Below are positions 37,817 through 47,945 of a stretch of 64,000 bases of DNA, one piece after another. The position numbers were made by a program, and so were the translations under genes. The notes beneath the pieces were generated by a model that was not told the DNA's origin, did no database searches, and saw only the letters and a program-made list of their open reading frames with translations. Origin of the DNA: an uncultured delta proteobacterium. Its GTDB lineage: Bacteria > Desulfobacterota > Binatia > Binatales > Binataceae. Where the stretch lies: assembly GCA_963808235.1 (NCBI GenBank), contig CAWEEQ010000002.1, forward strand, positions 179,496 to 243,495. The letters run 5' to 3'. The stretch's first letter is position 1. The number at the start of each line of letters is the position of its first letter.

Positions 37817-38350
37817 TTATTTTTCTTCAGAGTCTAGCAGAGTCGTCCGCTCGTCCACGGCCAACTCGAAATTTCTCAGGTAGCGGAGATAGTCGGACGG
37901 CAGGCCATGCTGAACCGCACCTTCGATCAGCAAGCGGAGATAACGTGGAGAGGGTCTTCGCCCTAGACTGATTCTCTCTGACTGATACGTAAATGCTGTG
38001 ATCTGTTCGCTGCCATCGACGACAGGGCTAACTGGAGTGCGGCGGTATGCGCCCCTTGGGACGCCTTCCGTACGGTCGAGATGCTCGGACTGTTCGACCG
38101 TGATCAGGTACAGCACTCCCCAGATGCAGGCACCTGCTTCAGAATCCAGATTGGCCACACCCCGCTCGCCGCGGCCGATCGCGAGATTGAAGCAGAGCCG
38201 GTAGTTCTCGAGCACGGCTGGCTGCGCCCGTATCGGGCGCATGCCGCGACGACTCTCAAAGATGCCCCGGTTCATGTTGCTGCCGTAGGCCAGGTACCAG
38301 GTCAGACCTTTGGATCCTTCATGCATAAGTGATGCTCGTTGGCTTCCCAA
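37817..38350 (-). CDS. Gamma-glutamylcyclotransferase family protein
   Basis: YLAYGSNM, WGVLY, LDRTEG, PSPRYL. Confidence 0.88.
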   Translation of the reverse strand: MGSQRASLMHEGSKGLTWYLAYGSNMNRGIFESRRGMRPIRAQPAVLENYRLCFNLAIGRGERGVANLDSEAGACIWGVLYLITVEQSEHLDRTEGVPRGAYRRTPVSPVVDGSEQITAFTYQSERISLGRRPSPRYLRLLIEGAVQHGLPSDYLRYLRNFELAVDERTTLLDSEEK

Positions 38351-38397
38351 CAGTTTTTGCGCGATGTTCTTGAGAGCCTCATTTGGCCGCCGAGGTT

Positions 38398-39078
38398 ATG
38401 AACATGAGCATGGATACATTCATGAATTTACTCAGAAAACATTTGTCCGAAAAGGACTTCAATCGGATGATGGAGTTCACCGCCTCGATGGAGCCTGAAC
38501 GACGCTCCGCAATGATGCAGTTCCTTGCGGAGCGCGAGACTCTTGCGCCAGAGGTCGGCTCGGATGCACCCGACTTCAAGTTGCCGCGCCTTGGCAGTGC
38601 CGAGCAGGTGCAACTCTCGTCCTTTCGCGGACGAAAGCCGGTAGCCCTGATTTTCGGCAGCTATACCTGACCTCCGTTTCGTGCCCAGGCTGGGCACCTC
38701 GTCGAGCTCCAGCGCCGCTTTGGCGAAATCGAGTTCTTCGTCGTCTATATCCGCGAAGCGCACCCAACTGACGAGTGGCAGGTCGAGTCAAACGAAAGCG
38801 AGGGAATCCTGTTCCCGCAGCCAACGACGCTCGAAGCGCGAAGCGATATCGCGCAGGTCTGTTCCCTCAGACTCGATCTCCCGATTCCTACACTGATCGA
38901 CGATATGGAAAATTCGACCGATCAAAAGTACTACGCGTTACCCGACCGGCTCTACCTGATCGGACGTGATGGTCGCGTTGCGTACCGCGGCTGACCGGGT
39001 CCATTTGGCTTCGTGGCATCGGAGTTGGAACGCGCCATCGAGGAATATTTGGAAGCAGGCGCAGCTGCGCCCGCGTAA
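38398..39078 (+). CDS. Iodothyronine-deiodinase-like thioredoxin-fold selenoprotein with two in-frame UGAs (38668, 38992)
   Basis: VGSDAPDF, KPVALIFGSYT-UGA-PPF, VYIREAHPTDEW, LIDDMEN, YYALPDRLYLI, YRG-UGA-PGPFGF; ends TAA 39076-39078. Confidence 0.88.
38681..38697 (+). promoter_or_regulatory. Bacterial SECIS-like hairpin
   Basis: GTGCCCA-GGC-TGGGCAC; loop 17 nt after the UGA. Confidence 0.65.
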
Positions 39079-39163
39079 TCTTCGAGGAGAACCGTCTGTC
39101 CGCCAATCGCGCTCGCGCTTGTGGGCTGGCGTTTGATGATGCCGGCGTTCTAGCATCGCAGTC

Positions 39164-39352
39164 ATGAAGAAAGTTGAAGCTATCATTCGGGCGGCCAAGC
39201 TTGACAGCATACGAGATGCGTTGGCTCGAATGGGCGTCAGCGATGTTACGGTCGAGCCACACTTTTCGTCCGGATTTAAGATCGCTGTGATCGTTTCAGA
39301 CGAGATTACGTCTCAAGTTGTGAATACAATCGAATCGATGGCCCTCCATTAG
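39164..39352 (+). CDS. Shortened P-II family protein (62 aa)
   Basis: MKKVEAIIR..KLD.IRDAL..MGV...TV then directly KIAVIVSDE; T-loop and C-terminal GKIGDGKIF region absent. Confidence 0.65.
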   Translation: MKKVEAIIRAAKLDSIRDALARMGVSDVTVEPHFSSGFKIAVIVSDEITSQVVNTIESMALH

Positions 39353-39367
39353 CCAGCTTCGAAATTC

Positions 39368-39511
39368 AAACGGGCCAGCGCGCCTCTACGCTAGCCCGCT
39401 GCTGACCGAGCGGGGATCAGCACTCAGCCGACAATTTCGCAATTACTAAATTTTCGCGTACGCGTCTATTAGGATCGAAAACGGGCCAGCCCATGAGAGA
39501 ACACTAGCCCG
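39368..39511 (-). terminator. Two related hairpins, probable tandem intrinsic terminators on the minus strand
   Basis: AAA-CGGGCCAGC...CTAGCCCG at 39368-39398 and 39479-39511. Confidence 0.4.
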
Positions 39512-39755
39512 AGCGCAGACTGGCAAATGGGGGGCAAAAAACCAGCCAATGCCTGCTTCTGTACTAAATTGCCGCGCGAGCGTCTATCGGACTATCATTT
39601 CGAGTGTATGTTTGGTGTTTCCGTTTCGGGTAGGTCATCGCGAGCACTCGGTTCGATGCATAGTGATTGCGGGGTCGCCTTTTGCCCCGGGCTGACGCCA
39701 TTGTTTTGGCCCAAATTGATTTTCAATGCTCACAAGGGAAACTGGAGGAGTATGT

Positions 39756-40103
39756 TTAGCGAATAGGACTGTCCTTTTTTCGCTCAAGGCGAAGATCATT
39801 TGTTGAAGCACATTTCATCTGGGCCGAGGCTTTGTAGGTCGCAATTCTCTTCTGGTCTACTTGTGCATCGTTATTTGCTGCCGACCACAAATCACTTTCC
39901 TCACTGTCCCGTGAGTCTCGTTGCCGTTTTCGCCTTTCTCTTTCGCACTGACTAGCTGAATCAAAAGTGTTTTCAGTTCTCCACTTCCACAATGGCGCTT
40001 TTAGATCGATCAACGGCTGATCGGGTCCACGGACTGACAATATCGGCGGCGATAGGAGAACCCAACCCAACAGGACGATCATCGCACCGTGACGGTGAGC
40101 CAT
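39756..40103 (-). CDS. Small exported protein, candidate immunity protein for the orphan RHS
   Basis: Hydrophobic N-terminus, APLWKW...FDSASQCE...KCAS; last gene of the RHS run. Confidence 0.6.
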   Translation of the reverse strand: MAHRHGAMIVLLGWVLLSPPILSVRGPDQPLIDLKAPLWKWRTENTFDSASQCERERRKRQRDSRDSEESDLWSAANNDAQVDQKRIATYKASAQMKCASTNDLRLERKKDSPIR

Positions 40104-40445
40104 TAGCAAAAGTCTACCATATGAAAGTGGAGCAGAGAAACTCTCCGCGAGTGGCTCCTTGATTGGGCCAGTGTGCCTGAGACCACACCTGGCATACCAT
40201 TTGCCCACCCAGACCATAAGACACAGATATCCAATTGCACGTGGGCAGGGCGCCGCAAAGGCCGTGCGCGGGCGTTTGCCCGGATCAAACGCCTTGCCTT
40301 GGGGTCTTGGTGCGCATTTGCCAGCAGGTCTTTAAGCGCCCGCGAGTCGAGCGAACAATTCACCGTGATCACCTGAAATGGATCCGACGATCCGCTCATA
40401 TCTATCCCTGACGTTCTACATGCGTCTTGGTTTTTCCCGGAGAAC

Positions 40446-42163
40446 CTAAGCTCCCTCCGGCCAAGGTGGCCAAGGGAAATAAGGGGGAATTGGGTCGGGC
40501 AAGAAGTACCAGCGGTGTCCCTCAGGCACCTGTGGCAGCGGGAGTGGGCACATTCGCGTAGGATAGTGCGAAGGAAGACCAGGTGGCTCCTCTGGGGGTA
40601 GCAGAACACCTCCGTTAGGGTCGTAATCAGGATTCGAAGGCGGGTACCACCACTGAATCGGTTCGTGCGGTGGAACGCTCAGTCCGGATGGATCGGGGAA
40701 AATTATGGGGTTATTCAGGGCATAGCTATACAGATTTGGTCCTCCCCTAGCGAATCCGGTCGGATCCTGCGCGATGAACCTCTGGAACGTGGGGCTGTAA
40801 TATCTCGCGCGGTTGAAGTACAACCCCGTGCTGTCGTTTTCCCGGCCGGTGAACTCGTAGCTGCTGCCGTTGGCGACGCCGCTGATGGTTGTGGCCCCGA
40901 ATGGCTGGTACGTGTAGCTGGTTGCGATGCTCTGTGCCGAGCCAACGAGTCCGATCGTCGAGCCCAACGTGTCCTGCAGCAGTGTCGAAACATTGTTGCT
41001 GGAATCCGTTCGCGTGAAGTACTCATCGATGCGCAACCCGGTCACGAGACTGGCGACGACTCCGTCGCTGCTGTTCAGTTCCTGCACCGGATTGAACCCA
41101 TCGTAGAGGAACTGGGTCGTCGTTCCCGCGACCACTTTATTCATCCTCCGTCCGAACGCATCGTACACAAAGTTCGCGGTCGATCCGCCACTCATCGCGG
41201 TCAAATGATTGCGTGCGTCCCACGTGTAGGTATTAGTTCCGTCCGAGGTCAGATTGCCGTTGGTATCGTAGCTCAGCGTCGCGCCGTTGAAGCCGGTCAT
41301 CGCATTATCCGCATTGAAGGTGATGCCGGTCACTGTCGCAGGCATACCGGTTGACGCCAAGCTCCCGGTCTTTGCGGTCACCCGGCCGTTTGTATCGTAC
41401 GAGTAGTTCAGGTTGCCCAGGTTCGAGGGTGGGCTCGAACAGCTCCCGCCCGTGCCGTACGTGAGCCCGGTTACGCGCGAGTCATTGTCGTAGCCGTAGC
41501 TCGCGATTACGCCGTTGGGCAGCGTCAGGCAGGTGCGCCGGTTGGCATTGTCGTAGTTCATTCCCACGCTTTGACTTCCCTGGCTGATACCGGTGAGCCG
41601 GTTGGCGTTGTCAAAGGTATACGCCGCCTGGCTCTGCCCGGCCACCTGCATCGTGTCGCGCCGGCTCGCGTTGTCGTAAGTATAGTTGATGGTGCCTTGC
41701 AGCGTGGTTTCCGCCAGGAGATTATCAAGTCCGTCGTAACTGCGGTTGATCGTCCCGGCAATCGAGTCGGCCAGCCCGGTCAGTCGGTTGCCCAAATCCC
41801 AGGTGTAGCGGACGGTGCTCTCGTAGCCGCTGCCGTTGTACCCAAAACCCGCGAGCGTCCGCCGGTCGAGGTTATCGTACTGATAGACCGTGACCTTTTC
41901 CCTGCGGTCGGTGAATTGGGTCAAGTTACTGTCGGCATCGTATTGGTAGGACGCAGCCTGCCCCAACGGATCTGTGCGAGTAATTGCCCGATTGCGGCTA
42001 TCGTACGAATAGCTGGTCGTGTTCTGATTGGCGTCGGTAAGACTCAGGAAGTTCTCATTTGCGTCGTAGCTGAACGCAGTGATACCGCCAATAGAATCGA
42101 TAGTCTGGGTGACGCCATCCAGAGGGTCATAGCTGAATTGGGTAGTATTTCCCAGTGGATCAA
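40446..42163 (-). pseudogene. Orphan RHS module with a Pro-rich C-terminus
   Basis: Homology to the main RHS begins abruptly at DPLGNTTQFSYDP; YD repeats, FTGREND, RARYYSP, DPSGL. Confidence 0.85.
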
Positions 42164-42180
42164 GCTCGTGCTTTCGTAGT

Positions 42181-42609
42181 TCACTTAGAACGAGGGCCTA
42201 GCTTATCGCCAGGCGATTTTTCAAGAGCTTGAATTTTCATCACGATCGATTCTTTTTCATCCCTCGCGATCCTGCCGGGCGGCAGAAAATGCTCATGATC
42301 GAAGGTCTTGAGCGCCTTCTTATACATATCGAGTGCAAACTGTCGATTCCCTCTGCGCGAATAGATGTCTGCCAGCATCTCATAGGATCCGTAGAACTCA
42401 GGATCTTTTGCGGTGGCTTGGCCCAAGATCAAGATCGCCCGGTCTTCGTCGCCAGACTTTTCATACTGTTGAGCCATATCAAGAGCAACCCAAGCCCAGG
42501 TTCGTGCGACACGACTAACAGCAATATGCACCAGTACAATGGCGGTGACCGCCCCGAATACAGCAGCTGCTACAATGCTAAGAAGGATCCTGCTTCTCGA
42601 AGAAAGCAA
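42181..42609 (-). CDS. Membrane-anchored TPR protein, candidate immunity protein
   Basis: GAGGAG RBS, N-terminal TM, TPR-like YEMLADIYSRRG...ALDMYKKAL; directly after the RHS C-terminus. Confidence 0.7.
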   Translation of the reverse strand: MLSSRSRILLSIVAAAVFGAVTAIVLVHIAVSRVARTWAWVALDMAQQYEKSGDEDRAILILGQATAKDPEFYGSYEMLADIYSRRGNRQFALDMYKKALKTFDHEHFLPPGRIARDEKESIVMKIQALEKSPGDKLGPRSK

Positions 42610-42624
42610 TGTTCTACCTACTCC

Positions 42625-45600
42625 TCAATACGAACAGTTAAGACCATCTAGCATGTAGGCTACACATTCGGTACCCAGGCCAACTTTGCGGCAGGCGCAA
42701 CTCGCAACGGCGATCGGAACGCTGGCGGGTGCCCCATATTTGCTGCAGAAATCCTGCGCGCACACAGCGCTGTCTAAGTTTTTGATAAGGTCGTTCGACG
42801 GGTTATCACATTTCTGTAACTCCGCTAGGCATTCGTTCTTCGCGGCAATAAGTTGAGATGTTCTTCTCAGCAAACTTATGCAATCAGTGACGCCTTGCCC
42901 AGACGGATCGGTGTAAGTCTGAGGACTGTTAAGAGCATATCCGTAGAGGTCGAAATCACCGCCTCGAAATTCTAACGGGTCTTGACTGACGAAACGCTGA
43001 AATGTGGGGCTGTAATACCTCGCGCGGTAGTAGTCGAGACCAGTACCGTCATTCTCGCGTCCCGTGAATTGGTACGGATTCGAGCTCGAACGTCCCAGTC
43101 ATTGTTGTATTGCCGAATGGATCGTAAGTATACCAGGTCTGGATCGTTCCGCTTGAGTCGGTCAGCGCGAGTGTGCTGCCCAAGATGTCAGTAAGATAAT
43201 CACGAGCACCGGTGGAGTCGGTTCGTTGGAAGTATTCGTCAACACCGAGCCCCGTAACCAGATTTGCGCTCGGGGCGCCATTCTGGAGTTCCTGAACAGG
43301 ATTCAAGCCGTCGTAAAGGAACTGCGTAGACGTACCATTGATCGTCTTTTGGGCGCGGCGCCCATCGGCATCGTACAAGAAGCTCGAGGTGTTTGATCCT
43401 GTGATCCCGGCCAGGTGATTTCGCGCGTCCCACGTATACGTGTTCGCACCATCGTTCGTCAGGTTGCCGTTGGCGTCGTAGGTGAGCGGCGTACCGTTGA
43501 AGGCCGTCATTTCGTTCGCTGCGTTGAATGTATTACCGGCCACAACTGCGGGCAGCCCATTTTGCGCGAAGCTGCCAGTCTTTTGAGTCACCCGGCCCTC
43601 TGCGTCATAGGAGTATTCGAGATCGCCCACCGCGCTGCTTCCCAACTTCCAATTCATTGCCGTCACACGCGAATCATTGTCATAAGTATACGTCAGCACG
43701 ATCCCGTTGGGCAGCGTCAGTGTGGTCCTTCGGTCGGCGTTATCATAACCGAACGGGATCGAGGTGGTTCCCTGAGTAATTCCGGTCAGCCGATTCGTGT
43801 TGTCCCAGCTATAGGACACATTGGGTTGGCCGACAACGGTCATCGATTGACGCCGCCGAGCGATATCATAGGTGTAGCCTATCTCGCCCTGAGCCGTCTG
43901 CTCGTCGGTCAAGTCGTCCAGGCCATCGTAAGTCCGTGCGATCGTTCCCGCGATCGAGTCGGTCAGCCCGATGACGCGGTTGCCCAGATCCCAGGTGTAG
44001 CCGATAGTGCTCTCGTAGCCGCTGCCGTTATACCCGAAGCCCGCAAGCGTCCGCCGATTGAGGTTATCGTACTGATAGACCGTGACCTTCCCCCGGCGGT
44101 CGGTGAATTGGGTCAAGTTACTGCCAGCATCGTACTGGTAGGACGCAGCCTTCCCCAAGGGATCTGTGCGAGTAATTGCCCGATTGCGGCTATCGTAGGT
44201 GTAGCTGGTCGTGTTCTGGTTGGCGTCGGTAAGACTCAGCAAATTCTCGTTTGCGTCATAGCTGAAGGCGGTAATGCCGCCAATAGGGTTGACAATCTGG
44301 GTGACGCCGTTCACCGGGTCATAACTGAATTGCGTAGTATTCCCCAGTGGATCAATCAATGAAAGGGTCCGTCCGGCCGCATCAGCAAACCGCCTCTGCG
44401 TATTCCCCAGAGGATCGGTGATTGATGAGAAATCTCCAAAACTATAGGCAAAAAGGGTGGTGTCGCTCGCGGGATCCGTGACCGACAGTGGCTGTCCTTC
44501 GGAGTCATATGTCACCGTAGTTTCGTGACCCAGCGGATCAGTTATGTTTGCTGCGTTGCCATAGTTGTCCAGACCTATCGACCAGGTGTGACCAAGCGGA
44601 TCGGTCACGCTCGTAATCTGATTGAAGGTGGTATCGTGGGTGTAGGCAGTGGTTGCAGCCTGCGAGGTACCGGAAAGGCGCGTCACACTCAACAGGTTGC
44701 CCAGAGAGTCGTAGGTGTACGTGCTCTCGCGCGAGAGCGCATCAGTGGCTGACTTTGTCAGTCTAGTGTTCGGATCAGGCGTCCAGGTGATTTCCTGCTG
44801 CACCGGCGTGCCCACCGCGCGCGTGTCTCCGACCATAAAGCCATTGGCATTCGTGTAGTGGCCGGCTCCATCGCCGGGATCAATAAAGACCTGAAAGTTC
44901 TTCTGTTCGACGTTGTTGAGCGGATCGGTGATGGTGGTTTGAGTGACATTGCCGTTACCGTCAGTCACATAAGAAAACTGGAAGGTACTGGTGCCGTCAG
45001 CGAGAGTCTGCTGCTGTACGCGGCCAGCCGTATCGTACTGGTTGGTGAAGACGGTGTTTCCGTTCGAGTCCTTCATCGTGAGCACTCGGTTCGATGAATC
45101 GTAGGTGTAGTGAGTGACGCCGCCCTTCGCATCGGTCATGGTCGCCAAACGTCCCGAAGAATCATAGGTATAGGAGACGGTGCGGCCGATATTGTCCTGG
45201 AGCTGGGTAATCCGATTGCTCGAGTCGTGCTGGACCGTGATCCAGCGACCGTTTGGCGACTGTATTTGGCTGATGTTTCCGTTCGAATCGCGGCTGATCG
45301 TTACTGTGTTATTGCTGCGGTCAGTGATTCTCAGCAGTGCAGCCTTGGCCGGATTCGTCGTGCCGTCAGAGTCGGGGAAGACGTACTGAGTTTTGTCTCT
45401 GAGAGTCAAGGTCCAGCCGGTGCCGTTCCAGGCGATCGTCGACCCGAAGTAAAGTCCCGGCGCCGTGGTATTCTCATACACGGCGTTCGAATAGCTGGTT
45501 CCTGACGATGTGCGCTGATAATAGACGCGTGCTCCGTCAGGCAGTATTAAGTATTGATAGGAGTACGTGTTGTTATTCCCGACGATGAACATCTCGTAGC

Positions 45601-47743
45601 TGTCAGTGCCCCCAATACCAAACGGCCGCGACATATGGTCTGAGGTCCGGTACGTGCGCGTGAACTGGATCGGGATCACATCCGACAGCATGAGATCCGT
45701 GTGATTTTCGACGAAGACTCCTGTGCTGGTGTCCACGGGATCGCCTGCTGCTGCGCAACCCGGGCAGCCGGGCGGCGCAGGATTCGGGCTCGGCGCGATG
45801 GACGGACTCCCCACCATGGCACCCGTAAATCCATAGATCTGGACACCGGAGTCGGGAACGACCTGGCTGCCGTCCGGAGTGACCTCGCCCTGGCCATAGA
45901 TGTACCAACCCGAGGCGCTTGGGGCTGCGTTATAGTTCCAGAAATCAAAGGTGGTCCCCGCCGGCGCATGGTAGGTATTCGGGTAGTAAAGCTGGGCGCC
46001 TATCCATTGACCGTTCGCATTCTCGAAGTATGAGCCGCCGGGCTGAATCGTGAAATAGATCGGTACCTGCACGCCAATTGGCAGAGGAAACGGCGGCTGG
46101 TCGATCGGAATCGGCGTGATCGTGACGGTATGAACCACGTGGCCATACCAGTCTTTGACAATGGTGCCCGGCTGGAGGTGCAGTTCCAGGCCAGGTAGTA
46201 GCGGGTTGCTGACAACTAGTTCGGAACTCGTCGGTGACGGGATATTCACGGCGTGCGCGGTGTCGAGGGCTGGCATCCAGACCGTATAGTCAAGCTGATT
46301 TGTCTGGCTCGACGAGATGTAGACGCTTACTTCGAACTCGCCGAAGGTAAGTCCGCCGTGGTTGGCGCTCGCTCCCTCGATCCAGAGAGCTTGCTTGCCG
46401 GGACTGAGAGGCATCAGGAGAAAGCGGCCGCTGCGATCGCTGCTGGTCTTACGGCTTCCAATCTCAAATGTGACGCCAGCGAGCGGGTTGCCGTCGAGCG
46501 TCAACACCCTACCCGATAGAGCAGTAACGCCTCTGGGAGCCACGAGGAGAGGTGGCAAAGGGACCCTGCCTGGCATCGGATTGACTGACGTTCTGCGATT
46601 CTTGTGTTTCGGATTCGACTTCCGTTTGGTCGTCGCCGGCGTTGGTGACGAACGCGGAGCTGGTGTTGAAACGTCCGCCGTCTTGAAGCTGAAAGTCGCG
46701 GTGGGCATCTCGACGCCGTCCGCGTCCACCACCCCGCTCACGTTTACTGTGTACGCGGTGCTTGGCGCGAGTTGCGCTTCGGGATTCACGAACGCGAGCA
46801 TTCCACCCTCAGCCGGCACAATCGTTGCCGCAACTGATCCGGCGGGTCCGGACAGAGTAACCGTATCGGAATTGACGGTCTCGACCTGCATCGGTGCCAA
46901 GAAGCGCAGTGAGATTAGAGTGCTGACAGCAACGCTCGTTGCTCCGTCGGCTGGAATGGAATCGGCCAACGAAGGAGTCGCGCTCGGCGCAGAAGCGGGT
47001 GCTGAAACTGAAGCTTGCTGCTCCGCGGATGCTGACGAGAATTTGCCAAGCTTGGGATCGTAAATCTCATCCGATTCGACTTTGTTGCCCTTGGCATCCA
47101 CTCCCCCCTTGATCAGCACGCTTCCATCGGCCTGGAGCTCCGCAGTGTGATCACTTCTGGGTGTGTTCAGACTATTCGACGGCGATGTCGCTTGGTTGGT
47201 ACGCGGACTCCAGATCTGCGCGCTGCCCAAAGTCTTACCATCAAAGGAGATACCGCCGACGACAAGTACAGTGCCATCGGTCAGGAGAGTCGCCGTATGA
47301 TGAGAGCGTCGGGTCAGACCGGTTACGGTTACGACACCGAATACTTCAGTGTTTCGATCGAATTGTTCGGCGGTCGAAATTGTCTCGGCACCCTTTCCCA
47401 GGCCACCGATGATGCCTACAGTGCCATCTGGCAGCATGGTCGCGCTGTGCCAGGCACGCGCATACCGAAGATTGCTGCCAAGCTGCGTCACCACTCCGCT
47501 TTCCGGATCCTGAATCGATGCCGATGTCAGCGGGACCCCCGTGACGTTATCGCCCCCGATTTGCAGGATCTGGCCGTTGGGAAGCAGCGTCTCGGACTGG
47601 CCGGTAGCCGCTCCCGCGGTTTGCATAGCACCCACACTCGAAGGACTAGAATCTTGTGGAAGAGCCGTGGCGGTCACGAGTAGTGCCGCTGCCAATGCAA
47701 GCGTTAGCCCGAAAGCCAGCGCATATTTGGGCGGTTTCTTCAT
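42625..47743 (-). CDS. Signal peptide + kelch + Ig-like + RHS core protein with a Cys-rich C-terminus; frameshift near 43090
   Basis: HSATMLPDG/HTATLLTDG kelch repeats, GDPVDTSTG, YD repeats. The core end NPYQFTGREND...RARYYSP...DPSGQ is in a different frame from the 1564-aa ORF. Confidence 0.88.
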
Positions 47744-47945
47744 GTCGTCGTCCTATCCCTCGCGTACTCTCGCTAGGTGAGACAGCGCCCACGACTGAGA
47801 TGGCGCCGTCGCCGAGAAGCGTAGCCGTGTGGTGCGAGCGCCGAGCCAAGCCCGGCAAATTCACAGGTCTGAATAAACGAAATTGAAACGCCCGCCACGC
47901 GCGAGTACATGTCGCAAGAATTCGACGTGAATGGTTCAACGAGTT

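Noticed and set aside
47760-47890. Separate kelch gene upstream of the RHS
   Set aside because: Only one degenerate repeat (RRSHHTATLLGDG), out of frame with the RHS; a duplication remnant.
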